Shown: piece after piece, positions 1-13,900 of the stretch
Position numbering within the stretch: position 1 is the first letter of the stretch
Layout: each line of letters opens with the position of its first letter
Assembly: GCA_047495785.1 (NCBI GenBank)
Contig: JBLDXI010000021.1
Coordinates: 2,108,001 to 2,172,000 of the forward strand
Direction of reading: 5' to 3'
Source of the DNA: Lepidodermella squamata
Taxonomy: Eukaryota > Animalia > Gastrotricha
DNA length: 64,000 nucleotides
Position numbers and translations under genes: made by a program
The notes under the pieces: model-generated
The model's database searches: none
Told to the model about the DNA's origin: nothing
Seen by the model: only the letters and a program-made list of their open reading frames with translations

Positions 1-1319
1 GGTTGATGGCCGGTTGGAAGTAACTCTGCTCGGCGTCGATCATAATGCGAACGTCACGGGATTTCGCATGCTCGACTATACGATTCAAACGCTTGATCAT
101 GTTTTTGAACTGCTCGTCCATGTCAGGGTCCAGCTTCGGAATCAACGGGGCAAGCATGTTGAATTTTCTACCCAAACTATCCGTGTAGACTCTAACGCTC
201 GGTAACGACAGAACTTTGTGAATGTCGACATTCATCAAATTGGACCATTCGAACATGTCAATTTTTCTGTAGAAAATAAGGTAATTTCTTATGGCTCAAT
301 TCAAGATAAATAATTACCCTTCTTTCGTTTTGTCAAGCCATGTGAACCATTGCTTTGAATCATCACGAGATATCGGGATACCCATATCATTCAACCCCTT
401 TCTGAACTGATACTCGGACATGGTTTGCATCAGGTCGTCTGGGTTCATGCCAGCACCAACCATTTTCTGGTAATAATTTTCGATACGGACCAACACCTCA
501 GAGATGTGCATAAGGAGATCAGGACGTCCGAGCGCCGTAACTTTGATCGCAGCGAAGCCAGATGCTTTCGTTGCATCAGCCACGGCATTGATGCACTCGA
601 TAAAATGATTCATGTTGTCATCACACGCTTTTTCGTCCTCGTAGACGTAGGTACGAGCTGAGACGACACCCTCGCTGATATCGCTAACAGAAGAGCGGTA
701 CTGTCTGATTTCTGGAGAACTGTCCTTGTCTGCATAGAAAAATCAAGTCAAGTTTTATTTTTCCAGATATTTCTATGCGCTCACCATGTGTGCCATGCGT
801 TGCCGATGTTGTTTCGACTTTTTTGTCGCCTGAAACATCCTCCTCAACACTGTAGTCTAGAATTGATTTGACACCGAATCGCCTGTAACGCTCAACCACT
901 GGTGTAATCTCTTGAATATCGGCACCAGCGACAAAGTGACCGTAAACTGTTAACTGGAGTAATTTCTCTAGGATACGCCGACCAAGCACTTTTTCAGCCA
1001 GCGAGAATAGCTGCCGCTGATTCGCTACCAATTTCTCGTAAGAACATAGCCGAAAGACGAGAATCGCTCGAAGAAGTTCGAAATTTGATTTCGATTTGTA
1101 AGCCTCCTTAATATTCTCAAAGGAGAGATCAATTTGTTTGAATGACGGGTGGTCACCACCAGTGCCCGGCTTGCCACTAGCTACCCAATCAGGATGGACT
1201 TTATCATCTTTTTTCCACGATGCAGTTGATGACGCCGTCCGCAAGTGGACTGAAAGCAACTGCGCCGCTCTTACTCGGTAGTGATTCAACAAGACCAAGC
1301 CGCCAAGCTGACCAGGCAT
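1..1319 (-). CDS. PRODH: Proline dehydrogenase, copy 1 (5' part; 3' end runs off the window)
   Basis: Motifs YGHFVAG, SILDYSVE, SARTY, AIKVTALGRP, IMIDAEQSYFQPAI. ATG at 1319. GT-AG introns ~730-784 and ~267-317. Near-identical to copy 2 at offset 17595. Confidence 0.93.
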
Positions 1320-1963
1320 GAAAAACAAGTCGTTCAAGTAAAAGATCTAATTTTAATAATCGACGAACAAAAATTCTTATTCCAAATTTACAGTTACAAA
1401 TTATGATTATTGAATGGTACACAGTTGCATACAATCCTGGATACAGTAACGTGAACCATGAAACCGACCGGTCCGACAATCAAATAACGATCATCGAAAC
1501 TTATTTACAGTATAAGAACTAACAAGCGCAGGTTTGGAGAAATAAAGCAACACGTCGTGATTTGAAGGAGGGGCAAGAAGACCAATCAATCGCCACGTCA
1601 TCAAACTTTGCTTACTATAATAATTGATTCGAAACTATAACGAAGGTCTAATAGGTTATCACAAAAATAAGTAATCCAGCGAAACGCGCGTATAAAAATT
1701 AACGAGAGAAAGAAGATGTCTCTGTGCTGTACACCTAAATCCGTTTCATCACTGAACTCAGTTATTATATCGTGAAAACACACTCACACACCCTGAGGAA
1801 CAAAAATTGGGCGCTGTCGTCGATAAATCAAGCAGAAAGTTATTGCTCGTCTGAAGACAGACGCCACAACGCAGTCTAAAATAAGACGAACTAATACGAA
1901 AAGGGCAAATAAGTAATACGACACGAGTAGGTAAGCGATGAGTCTTTAGCAGGAACTCAGCAC

Positions 1964-4401
1964 CTAATTTAGTAGAGCGTGTCCACGTCCGCTGGAAAAC
2001 AACAAGCGTGCCTCTGATTTTTTCTTCGATTTCTTCCAACCGCCTCCGCTCGATGGCGAGTCAAGTTTTAGACCTGACAGGCAGTCAGCAAGGGTTCTAG
2101 GCCCATCTGGGGCCGCGTAAGCTAATTCTTCTTCCTCCTCCGCGGTCAGCCCGGTTGTCTTCGATTCCGCATTCACAGCAGCGACTGCTGCGGCTGTCGA
2201 CAACGGGGCTGTTGATGACGATGACGGTTTAACGAGCTGGACCTTCGACAAGGCGGATGAAGCTCGGGTTTGTTGGGCGATTCGCGATGATGCTCGCGAA
2301 TTCGGGGCAGTGGAAGATGACAACATGATTGCCGCTGGGCTGGGTGGGATACTTGGAGGAGATCCCAGCGTCGGAAAATCATTACTCATTGGTCTTCCGA
2401 GAGTCGGAAAGTCATTTTCAATTGGTCGTCCTTCAGTAAGAATCTACAAATAAACCGAATTAATAAAAAATCATCGAAAGACATCACTTCAAGTAACAAA
2501 CCCTAGCAAAGCTTGACGATGATGTACCCCATGCAGGGGCATTGTTAGGTGAATCAGGGTTAACAGCAACTGGTTCCGGGATACCAGGCACATGTTCTCC
2601 GGAGAAAAGCGACGGGCTGTCAGCAAGAAAAGCTGCGTGGTCGTAAATCAACGGTTCGTCCAAGGCGATTGGTGCCATGCCCGAGGCAACCTCAGTCATC
2701 CTTTCAAGCAGAGACCCGGCACGTCTGCTATACGCTTCTTCTTTCGTCTGCTTCATCATTCGCTCGGACTTACGACGCTCCATTTCCGGCGCAAACTGCT
2801 GCAGAAGTTCGGGCGAAAGGATTGAGTCGAGTTCGATCTCAGCCGATTGAAAATGCGAAAAAAGCGGCAGGTGCGACAAGTAACGGAATTGAGAGCGAAC
2901 CTCGGGCGTCACGCTGACGTATTCGATACCCAGAATTTTACCCTCAATAACGGGTGGACACCGACCCAAGTGAGAAAATTGCTTCTGCAGACAACGGACG
3001 TTGAACGAGTTCAAATAAATTCGCTGGCCGTCCATTGATTGATAAAAATAGCAATAAGCGTTGTCGATGTCACCCTGCTTGCCTGGTTCACTAGTTGAAC
3101 TAGGCGATCGCGCCTTCGATCCAGCGGGAGATTCCTGCCGAACCAGCCTATCCGTCGGTTCCGTTGAATTGCAGCCAGCTTCAACATTTTCTAATTTCTG
3201 ATCATGCAGGGCATCTACGTAGAAGACAATATTGTCTGGTTTAGGCGGTGAAACTCCCAGTTCCAGAGAATTGTTATGAGCCTCCTCGCTCACCTCGACT
3301 TGCATTATCTCGTCTTCAAGCAGTTTAATGGCTTCAGTTACAAAGGTGAGTTCGTCAGGCGAGTCGCAGTTGGAAGGATTCAGCAAAATTTGCTTGAGTT
3401 GATTCTTGTCGGCTTCCAGACGAGATATCATCTCAATTTTCGAAGCAAAAACAACATTTGACATGCGGAGAGCGGTCGAACTAGTGTCGACAAGCTCAAC
3501 GACAGTCGTACCCTTGCGGCATCGAGATAGGACAAATGAAATTGTATCTCCGACGTTGTATTCAATACAATGAATAAGCGAAACCGGCTTTATACAGGAA
3601 ATATCCATTTTAGTGAAGCAGATCGGGCATGGAATAATCTTTTCTGCCTTGACAGTAAAATAGTGAATCAAGCAAGGCAGGCAAAATAAATGACCACAGG
3701 TTGTGATGCGGCGAGCGATAGGCTTATTCATGCAAATCGGGCAGCTCGGTTCACTGATTGAAATCAGCCTCACTTCGCATATTGTGTCCCAAGGGGGTGC
3801 GTAGTCGGGATCTTCACGGAGCTTGGCAGCCAAAGAAGTGCAGCTGCTGTCGACGACAAACTGGCAGTTGGCTTGCATGTAGTTTTCGGTTGTATAAACA
3901 TTTCGCCGATTTACAGCGCTCGATTTTTTCGACGAAGTAACTCTGGCTACTCTATCTCTTCGCGTCGAGCGGTCATCTTCATACACCAAATTAACGAAAC
4001 ATTCAGCTTTAATACTTCGATTTTGGCGCTTTGTGTTGAAAGGAATACCCTAAATTTGGAAGAAGACTCTTAAATTAATAAATACTTCAGATTTGAATAT
4101 TTACCTCGCATCTTAAAGCGGGAATCTTTGGGCGGATGTCAGGACGGGCTGAATCCGTATAAGATCCAAAGTTTTGTCGCGAAGAGTTCTCATGCCTTTG
4201 CCAGTTCGTTCCTTTGTACACAAATAAAAAATTTTGTCGTAAGCGTTAATCATAAAGTTGTGATAACCTACCTCCCCTATTAGCACTATTTGATTTGCTA
4301 CGCGAATCTTTCTTTGGTTTCCCCTTGGGATTTTGACTGTCATTCCTTCTTTCTCTTGAATCTGAACGAGCAGCACCATCTCCTGACGCGTGGGACTCCA
4401 T
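1964..4401 (-). CDS. RNF10: RING finger protein 10-like E3 ligase
   Basis: YMQANCQFVV, C3HC4 RING (CPIC...CGHLFCLPC...CPIC), YFYQSMDGQRIYL, RYLSHLP, and a basic C-terminus KKSKKK...LLFSSG. Short introns near 2445-2503, 4052-4103 and 4212-4270. Start codon tentative. Confidence 0.88.
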
Positions 4402-4769
4402 TTGAGCTCGTTGAGTTTGACAAAACAAACGGTTCTTCAATGAGGACAATATTTTCAGCAGCAAGTTTCATCTTAACAATCCATTCTCAGCGTTAAACAA
4501 AAATCCAAATAATTTGCTGGTGCTTGGCTGAGTTTCTCGTAGCGGATGAAAGTGGAAATACCACAAATAATATCAATTAAGAACTCTCCGGAAGCTTCGA
4601 ACGATTCCAGTGAGTATTTGAATGACCGGTAAGTATTTCGAGATTTGATAGTTCAATAAGAGCACAGCTTGGAACAGTGAATCAAATGATACCTATTTCA
4701 AATAAATGGGATTAAATAACATTGATAGTCATGATGACACAAAACTGAGAAAAAACTGAGCTGAAACAG

Positions 4770-4945
4770 AAGAAGCTATAAGCTAAGAACCCTATGAGCA
4801 GTGAGCATTATGACGTTGCACGCGTCAATCGAATAAGGCGGGGACTTTTGTTGGTTGTTGGTCAATCAGGTAGATGCTAAAATACAGACTACACCTCCAG
4901 GAGGTGCAGAGGAGCTGAGGAGTACCCAAAAAAGCCGAGAAACCA
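4770..4945. promoter_or_regulatory. Putative RNF10/GTF2F1 divergent promoter segment, duplicated at 19308-19458
   Basis: Lies between divergent genes and contains TGACGTTGCACGCGTCA (inverted TGACG half-sites). A diverged copy sits upstream of PRODH copy 2. Confidence 0.5.
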
Positions 4946-6015
4946 AACCCGCGAGAGAGGCCAAAAAACGACACAAAAAGATCGCGCCAAATAAGACTAA
5001 AAACAAAATTTTAAAATAAATTTAATAAAGCAACTTTATAAATATTGAAACATCTAAGATGATGACATGGTGAAGAATATTTTGTGAGTTTGAGCGGGAA
5101 AAAGTGCCCTGTCATTTTCATCTTTTTCGTCTCGATGAGATCATCTCGTTCATCATTCTTCATGCTTCTGAGTGGGACGTGGGACTTGGGACTCATCGTG
5201 GCTCGTGGTCATGTTTTATGCTTTGCGCAGTACAGTAGGCGCTTCAAAGGTCGTCGAGTTTTCCTGCAGACGTAAACGCCTATTCGCTACTTCAAGCGGT
5301 AAAATCGAACTTCTTGTTGATCATTTACAGAAAGATTGGTAATGCTGAGTGCTGAGGGTTAGATTATTTAATATCCGTTGGGCATTTTGTGTAAAAGAAA
5401 AAAACCTTTACGCGTTACTCTAACAAGGTTCGGAGGTGATGCTTGTTTTACTACCCTAGCTATTTTTTTTCATCAAAATTCCATGAGAGTGAAACAGCTA
5501 GTCATTATAATTGGTAATCGACATTGCGCTACTGTCCGATCCTATTCGACATTCGACCAATAAGTACACTGAGGAATTGCTCTTGGGTCTTAATTCGTTA
5601 CTGAATATGTAGTATAGAGCTTCTTGAGTACGGAGGCAAATTCGTTTTCGCCAAGAATAGGTAACTCGTCACCGCGTTATTATAAACTCGGCGCGCCCAT
5701 CTGCGCACATTCAATATTCAATGAAAGACTGCAGATGTGTGAATTCAACATATTCAACATGCAACATGGTTTCATACAGCATCGCTGAAGCTCATTTGCC
5801 AAGTTTGCATTACATTGTATTTTGACAATGTTATTGTGCCATAGACTGTCTTGATCATTCATGTCTTTATTTATTTATTTATGAGCCATTCATCCATAGG
5901 GAGTCGGAAAGCTCAGCTGTAAAAGAAAGATAGTAGATTCGCTGATCAGAATTTTTCTAACGCTATATACTACATCTTCATGGACTGTTTCATTTTAGTT
6001 AGATTTCATTGAAAA

Positions 6016-7746
6016 ATGGCATCTTCATCTGGTGCATCGTCATCTGGTACATCCGAATTCGCAGTCATTGTCCCCAAGGATGTTAAAAAGGTATTCAATG
6101 TTTTACGATTTGCTGGCTCAACAGACGTACCGAATATGCTGAAAACGCGGAAGTTCTTAATGAAACGCGAAGATAATACTCGTCAACAGCCTCAAAGCTC
6201 CAACCAATCCGGTGATGGTAAAGACGCGATTCCGAAGACCGGTGCTGGAAGTGAATTCGGCCGTGAGGAACGTGACGAGCGGGCTCGCCGCCTTCGTGGA
6301 GGCCGAACGTTACGAAAATACAATCCTGATGACCAACCTTGGATAGCAACATTTCTCCCACCACAAAGTGGCTCTTCTACGAAAGACGTTAAGCCTCCTG
6401 TGATATCCGGCGCCAAGCCGAAAAAATTCCGCGGTTTGCGTGAAGCTGGCGCTACTGAGAACTCAAGTTGGTTCATATTCGCACAAAGGCCGGATAAAAG
6501 CTTTATAGCTTTGCCAATCAGTGAATGGTATAGCTTTACAGCGATGACTCAATACGACCATTTAAACTCGGAGGAAGTCGAAGAGGAGTTTCAGAAACGC
6601 AAAAAGACGCTCAATTTTTTCACACTGATGCTTCAAAAGCGCTTGAAAAATCAAGATATGGATCCAGCCGAGTTGGAGGCGCAAGTGAAAGAAGAGGCTG
6701 TATCTTCCAAAGGTGGACGTCGTGGTGGCATGCACTTGACAGATTTAGATGCCGAGTGGGTCGATGATGATGTCGACGATGCCGATGAAAGTGACGACGG
6801 CGAGAAGAAAGGTGGCGACGAGGGCAGTTCGAAAATTGCCGATGCAGATGCGGAAGTTGATATACCTTCGGGAAAGAAAAAGACGGGCAAAAAGAAGGCA
6901 CAGAAAATTATCCAGCAAAAGAAACGTCTTCGATCGAAAGGAGGCGGTGAAGATGCTGAAAGCGACATTTCGGACTCTGATGAAGGCGACTTCGATGGTA
7001 GAGAGATGGACTATATGACGAGCTCCGGGGCTGAATCTGAACTCGACGACAAAGATTTGCCTGACAATGTTAAAGAGGAGGTTGAGGAGGCAGAGACAAT
7101 GGAGCGTGGCGTTGAGGACGAGGAAGGGCTACGAAAACTCAATGACTCTGCTGCGGAGGATGAAGAGGACGAGGAAGAAACAAAATCGAAGGAGGATGAA
7201 ATGGAGATGGACGAAAAGGAGGCTCGATCAAAGCAAGGCGTCGAATCGAGTGATTCTGAAAACGAAGAGTCTGGTAAAGAGGACGATTCCGACTCGGATA
7301 TAGAGCGCTTCGAACAAAGCACATCTGGCCGTCAAGGTCAGAGTAAGCGAAGAATGCCGGCTGAGGTTATAACAGCCTCTGGGAAACGCATTCGTCTTGA
7401 ACTTCCTTCGTCTACCGCTGAGTCTGGCTCCGGTAGTAATGGCACTAGCTCGTCAATGACGGCATCAAACTCATCTCGTGGTGGTAGTGGAAGCAGTGGC
7501 GGCGATATCGATGCTCAGCTGGAGCAGGCAATTAAGCATTACCTCAGCCGCACGCCCATGACTGCTACTCAACTAGTCGAGAAATTTCTCCAGAAAGCAA
7601 GAGCCGCCTCGGCAAGTGGTGGTGCCGCCCCGCCTAGTTCTGAAGATCTGGCGAGGCGTATCGCGGCGATTATTTTGCGCCTGAAACCTGAGCAAATCCG
7701 GTCTAACAATCAGGTGTTCTTCACCTTGTCACCCGACAAGCTCTAA
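6016..7746 (+). CDS. GTF2F1: General transcription factor IIF subunit 1 (RAP74), intronless CDS
   Basis: GAGSEFGREERDERARR, DDQPW, KFRGLREAGATENSSWFIF, EWYSF, acidic middle with DEGDFDGREMDYMTS, and a C-terminal winged helix (IKHYLSRTPMT). Confidence 0.95.
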   Translation: MASSSGASSSGTSEFAVIVPKDVKKVFNVLRFAGSTDVPNMLKTRKFLMKREDNTRQQPQSSNQSGDGKDAIPKTGAGSEFGREERDERARRLRGGRTLRKYNPDDQPWIATFLPPQSGSSTKDVKPPVISGAKPKKFRGLREAGATENSSWFIFAQRPDKSFIALPISEWYSFTAMTQYDHLNSEEVEEEFQKRKKTLNFFTLMLQKRLKNQDMDPAELEAQVKEEAVSSKGGRRGGMHLTDLDAEWVDDDVDDADESDDGEKKGGDEGSSKIADADAEVDIPSGKKKTGKKKAQKIIQQKKRLRSKGGGEDAESDISDSDEGDFDGREMDYMTSSGAESELDDKDLPDNVKEEVEEAETMERGVEDEEGLRKLNDSAAEDEEDEEETKSKEDEMEMDEKEARSKQGVESSDSENEESGKEDDSDSDIERFEQSTSGRQGQSKRRMPAEVITASGKRIRLELPSSTAESGSGSNGTSSSMTASNSSRGGSGSSGGDIDAQLEQAIKHYLSRTPMTATQLVEKFLQKARAASASGGAAPPSSEDLARRIAAIILRLKPEQIRSNNQVFFTLSPDKL

Positions 7747-7947
7747 TTAGGACATTTATTTGAACAATTTTCACTGTTAGATCTTTCTCTGTTAATGCTG
7801 CGAGGCTAATCCGTGTTGCTATGAAAATTTTATTGCAATTCGTCAGCATTGTTTAAATTAGCGAAGAAATGATCATTAATTTTTATATCTTTCGATTTTA
7901 TTTCATTTAGAGAATAATCATTTTAATGATCTGAAATAACTTCACTG

Positions 7948-10900
7948 ATGGCTAATTTGGAAGGCCAGTTATTGTACGATTTGACGTTGAAGAGCTCCTT
8001 CTCTTTGAAGGACTCGGAGCCTAGTCCATATTCGCTGGCATTAAATGGTTGGACCGAGAAAGCTCTGCACGTTGCAAAATCGCATTTTCCTTTCCTTGGA
8101 AGCCCGCAACCTAGCCTTCAGAAGGCTTTGCCGATATTTTGCTACGTATGGCGGCCTAATCCTGAAGGTCCTCGTATAGTTGTAGTGATTACAAAATCCG
8201 AAGGAATTGTTTTTACCGAAGAAAACGGCTTTTCTGATGCAGTGTGGAAATTCGAACTTGGATTCGAAAATGACCCCTCGCTTGAGAACAACTTTTTTGC
8301 TCTTCCGTTGGATGAAACTGGCAGTACTTTGATTCTAGCTGATGCTTCCTCTTATCAAAGCTACCTATTGGATTTGCATTCTAAAAAGGTTTCCGAGTTC
8401 TCGTTTGAACTCGGTTTCAACGGACCGATTGTTGGCATATGGAATCTACCCGCCAGTTTTGTAAATGAAAAAGCAATTTTTTTGCTTTGCTCTTTCGGAG
8501 ATTGGCAAGTGTTTAGTTTCAGCAAAATGCAAGCTGTATTGACGGGTAAAATCGACGGATGTCCACTTCTTACATGTGCAACATTTCTACCGAAATTTTG
8601 GCTGATTATTGGCGGCTACTCACCCGGAAAAGTTACCCTCCAGGATGTTAAAGTCGGCGCACCGGGCCAATCGCTTTGTTTTGTAACGTACCGGTTGACT
8701 TCGAGCTCGCCATACGTAAAAAGCGATTCAGATTCACAAATGATGGCAAAGCCAAGTCTTGCGAGTCGTTTTGCCTTCTTCCGACGTCATCGACCGAATG
8801 CTCCGATTCGCATGTCAGTATCTCCGAGTCAAAATAATCTAGTAGTTCTGCACGAATCTGGCTACTTATCGACCTGGGCTTTACCCTCGCTAAAATTGAA
8901 CAACGTGTTCAAACCGGATATTCAACGCAGTTTTTCTGAGGAATTTCCTGGCTCTGGTGCTGCGCGCTGTCGCACTGTTTCCCAGGTTTTCTGGTGGTCG
9001 GACGAGTATATATCACTGCTGTTTATGGATGGTGCTTTCACGGTTTGTCGTTCTGAAGATTTGACCAGTGTCATCGGTGGCGCAGCCGAGTGGTTTGAAC
9101 CAAGCTCTGTCATGGGTATGCTTCCCGAAGACGTTGCTTTCATAATTCAAAAGCAGCCTCATGCTCCGAACTCTGACGAAGAGCTGGCTCACCCTCAATC
9201 TCGGGACTTGGCTGTTGTTCCGGCTGCTGGTAATATACGTGCTACTGGATATTGCGTCATTTAACACCATTTTTTATTTGTGAATAGGTCCCCTTGGATT
9301 TCTGAGAAATATCTTGAGCTTCATTTATCCGGCGGCTTCCGAGGTCGTCTTGAGACCTGAAGATGTTGCGCCGGCCTCGACTTCACTCGAATTATGGTCG
9401 TTCCAACGTGTCACTCCTGAAGAGTTGTTTGAGATCAAGCTGGAGAACGAAGAATACGGAGATGCTTTGATTTTGGCGAAAGCTTACAATTTCGACACCG
9501 ATTTAATTCATTTAAGGCGCTGGAAGAAAGGCCCAGTTTCTCGAGCTTCCATTGAAGACTTCCTGGCGAAAATAGCGAACAAAAGAACGGCAATCAACGA
9601 GTGTTTACACCGAGTTGCTGACAACCTCGATAGCCAACGCGATTTGTTCGATTTCGGCAATAAGCTGACCCAACCTCGGTCTGCATTCGTAGAAAACGAC
9701 GAGGATAATGATCTTGAAGAAGAGGAGCATGACGACGAACTTGATACACAATTTTTGAAAACCTTTCTCAGAGATGCGGAAAGGAGCTGTGTTGATACGC
9801 TAGCTGCTCTGAAAACCAATCAAACGGAGATATTATTGTGGCATTTCCGCATTTTGGAATTCACGAAACGTCTTCAGTTGTACGAATCCCACTTGATGAA
9901 GAACAGCAATCTGCACTTCGACCCGCAGGTTTACGCTCATATTCGAGATCGCGATGTCTTTGAACTTGCCATCGAAGCTGCTCGAAGTGGAGATGTCAAG
10001 TTGACCGAAATTATATTCGCCTATTACATGCAGCTTCTGGAGCCATATCGCATCTTGATTGTATCAAACTTTCCTGAAACTCTTTCGCCGAATGAATACG
10101 CTCAATTGTTGCCAGGGGTAATTTAGAAATTATAGCCCTAATTTATTCAAATTATTCATTAATTTTATAGCGACCGTTGAAAGCAGTAGTCACCGAGCTC
10201 GACGAATTCCTCAATTGTAATCTAGCTCGACAGCTTCTTTTGGGTCAAACCAACTACCGGCCCCAATTTCTCGATAGCGTGTTATTGGCGGAGATGCCTC
10301 AGCTTTCTCCGTTTGTTCCAGCTGTTGAGAAGGCTTCAGTCGAGCCAGAAGCGGTTGCTAAATGGTTTTTGATGCGAGCGGAAGAAATCGAGTGTGATAG
10401 CTGGAACTTCGATCATGCTATCAACTTGTTAGGCTACGGAAAAGACGCCGGCGTTCAAGGGCTGGACGACTTATTCATCGATTTGAAAATTCTCAGTCTT
10501 CTAGTTTACAGCTGTGGCCTTAAGACTTTTTCGTTGGAAGCACTTCGTACTTCTCAACCTATGGATATTCTCAAGTTTTTGCTCGCGAATAGTCGAAAAG
10601 CTCAAGTGTCGACGCAGCTTCTTGAGAAACACATCAAAATCTGGTTCCAGCCTTATGCTGATCTGCTGGAGCAGAAACTCGGCTCTCATGCGTTATTCGA
10701 AGAAACTTTTGTCAGATTTCTCTCGGAAATCGTCAAAAACGACCTGGACTTTGTTGTAACTGTACTTCGGCTGTGTTCGCGAAAGGAGAGCCGCCTTCTC
10801 ACAGAGCCAGCCTCATTGCTGACGGCGGCAGTCGAGTCGGTTTTCGCCTGTAATGATCCGGAGGGTGTGCCTTTATTCGAGCAAATCTTGTCATATTTAC

Positions 10901-13900
10901 CAGCCCGTAAACAGAGTGATAACTTGGAAGTCCTGAATCGTCATAATGAGATTGATAGAATTCGAACGCTGATAGAAGACTGTAAAATTTTGGCAAAGTA
11001 CAACATGTCCTTCACCGTTGCTGAAATTCGTGAAATCGCCGTTTCCAGCGAAAAATCTCGCGATTTACTCAACCGATGGATGATTCACATTTTGAAGACT
11101 TCGAAGGATAAGTCTTCCAACTTCTTTTGGACTTGCGTCCTCGCTGACGGATTGAAACTTATCGACAGTTTTCAATGCGCCGATGCCTTGAATCGAGACG
11201 ACTGGTTGACAATATACGCCAGGCACTTGTTGATGTACGCCGGGCCTTCAACGGGTGTGGCTCGTCTTGGGAAATTGATAGACGGCGGTAGCTTGGTCGG
11301 AATGGCTAAGATGGTCCTAACTTTTTCGCAGGCTCAGTCGATTGATAAACAGCAGGGCTCGCCTGTCCTCTCCTACGCGAAATCCGCTCGTCTAGCAGTC
11401 AGTGTTTCTCGAGAGTTGTTTGAATCAGCGGCTGATCTCGACGATTCGGCCCTTCAGCGCTCCCAGATGTGTCTTGACCTCATCCCGAAACAATATGTAG
11501 CGATTGATGACGAGCTGGGGCATCAATTCAATGAAATGCAGCGTTTTCTGGAGTGCTGCGAGTTGATGCGGCAATTAGAAGCACCCATCGTACCGCTTTC
11601 ATTGAAGGTGACCGGAGATCGGCTCGGCTTACTCGCCAACGTTATTTCCGCGTCTTCTGATGCTTGTTTGAAGCACCACAATGTCTTTCTGCGACTGGCC
11701 GAATTGCTCGATGTCGCTGATTCGAAGGCTGAGTCGCGGAATCTTGGTCTTAAATTACTGGCCGGTTGTGCGATAAATTCGGGCAATCTCGACGCTGCTT
11801 TGTCATATTGCGAGCAAATCGTTGCTGCAAATTTCGCTATGGCCTGGCAGGAATGTGCTACTCTGTGTGAACTTCGAGTCGCCCAGCCTGAAGAATCTGG
11901 CTCAATCGCCGATCCATCCCGTTTGTTTCCGCTTCTCGCCTTCGCCCTTGCGAATTGCGACTCTCCCAACCGTATGCGTAGTTTGATTACCGTCCGGCAG
12001 CGAATCGTCGCCGATCACTGTTCAATAACGTTGCAGCCACCTGCGGAAGAACTAGCTGGTAAAGTCGTCGGCAAAGTCGTTACGACTGTTGCTAAGGAAA
12101 TCGGGGGTAGAACTACGTCCAGCTTAAAGCAAGCCACGTCACTGCTGTTCAGCGACCGCTTTCGCCCTATTGTTTCGCTGATTTCTAATACGTTGCCTGA
12201 ACAGCGGAAAAGAAACGCCAGTGAAAGCGCGTCGAAGCACCAGGTCAATCCGCATATGGACTCATTTACTAGTAACGATATTGCGTCAGTGAAGCACTTC
12301 ATCCGAACATTTGACCCAGTCAGTGATATTGCGCTGATGCTAAGACTCGCTTGCATTTCGTCCAGTGAGCGACCAGTTGATGCCGATATTTCTGAACTTG
12401 AAAGGCAGATTGCTAAGATCGGCAAGGAGCTCGTCTCCGACTACTTGGAGGACGATCTTGCCTTTGTCATTGTGGACTGTTTGGGTTTGGCTCAAAGTAG
12501 CAGAGATCCGGGCATTTTGATCACATTGCTCGACCTATTTTCGCCACAAGTTTGGCCGCCGAACGAGCCGAAATTGGCGGTTCTATCAGCGTATTTGATA
12601 GCATTATTCATCGCGAAATTGCACGATAAAGACGCTGATTCGATTAGAGATCACCCTGTTGCATTGATATCGGCAATTTACAACCGTTTATCAGGCGATA
12701 ATCGCAATGCCGAATTTGTCGAAAAATGCGGAGTTTTGGGCGAACGTTTTGTGGCAGTGATCGAAATGCTGTTCAAAATGGACGAATCGCAGTCGATTAG
12801 TAAGCAGCTGCCGCCTGGCATCAACGTCGAGCTGTTTTTTGCCGACGAAGACTATCGCAAACACGCGATTATGACGATGGCAAATGAAAGCTTGGATCAA
12901 GCGTTGCAATTCGCTGAGCGGTACAACGTTGATGTCGAAGAAGTTAGGCTGAAATTCGCGCAGCAGGCCATTTTGACTGGTCAGGTTGCTGACGATTACG
13001 TTGCCGAAATTTCCGCAGCTCTATCACCGATCGCAGCCGATGGAGAAAATGAGGCTGGCAGAAAGCGATTGGGCACTTTCTTCAAAATTGATATCTTGTC
13101 AAAAATTGCAGGCTTGAACCACGGCCGAATCGAATTCATGTTCAAAATTGTTGAAAATTTACCAGACATCAAGGAATATCTACCGCCGAATGGCAGTGAA
13201 ATAGCTCGACTGTTGGTTGATAATCAAACTTGTTTCGAGGAGTTGAATTTCCATGAGCTTATCAAAAATCCGACAAATGAGCAAATGTGGGAGTTGTTGG
13301 AGAACGTCGCCGATGATTCATCTCTGGCACCTATTGTCAAGCTGATTGGATTATTGCCGAAAATAACTATCACCGCCTCGGCTATTTACCAGCGCTGGTC
13401 GGTGAAGAAGTGCTTAATGGCAATAGCCTTACTACACCCAGTTGATGCTAACACGATTTTGACTGCTGCGAATAGTGTTGATTCGTATTTCGTTCATTTG
13501 GCCCCGAAGGATTTCGCCGCGTTCATGTTCGACGTTTACTCGTCTGACCCTTTCGTCAAGCAAAACGTTCCTTCAGCGGCGAAACAAGCGCTGTTGAAGC
13601 GCTTTTTGCAAAGCTTGAAGGTGGCAAAAGCGAAGCAGACCAAGGAGAAACCAGCCGCCTCCCCGACGGACTGGTCGGCTGCCCAGGACGCTTTCCGCAT
13701 TCTGGCGCGGCATCTCGATCGAATGAACGCAGCGGCTTGGCTGCAATTCGAGCTCGTTGTTGATTCCTCGATTTATGCAGAAATTCGAACCGAATTCGAC
13801 CGAACGCTATCGCGCGAACCTGCTCTCACGGCGTTCGCGACTAATTGGCTAGCCCGCCTGCCGGTTTCGGGCGGTGGTCTCGGCCCTGAGGTTATCGAAT

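Noticed and set aside
1321-1335. 15-nt identity (AAAAACAAGTCGTTC) between the PRODH 5' UTR and the SPT6 leader exon (41666-41680)
   Set aside because: A few 15-mer matches are expected by chance in 64 kb, and it is absent from the other cassette copies.
5059-5171. C/D box snoRNA candidate (ATGATGA...CTGA)
   Set aside because: No terminal stem and no recognisable rRNA guide.
6095-7324. Antisense and alternate-frame ORFs over GTF2F1, NBAS and SPT6
   Set aside because: Shadow ORFs of low-complexity or GC-richer coding sequence with no family motifs.
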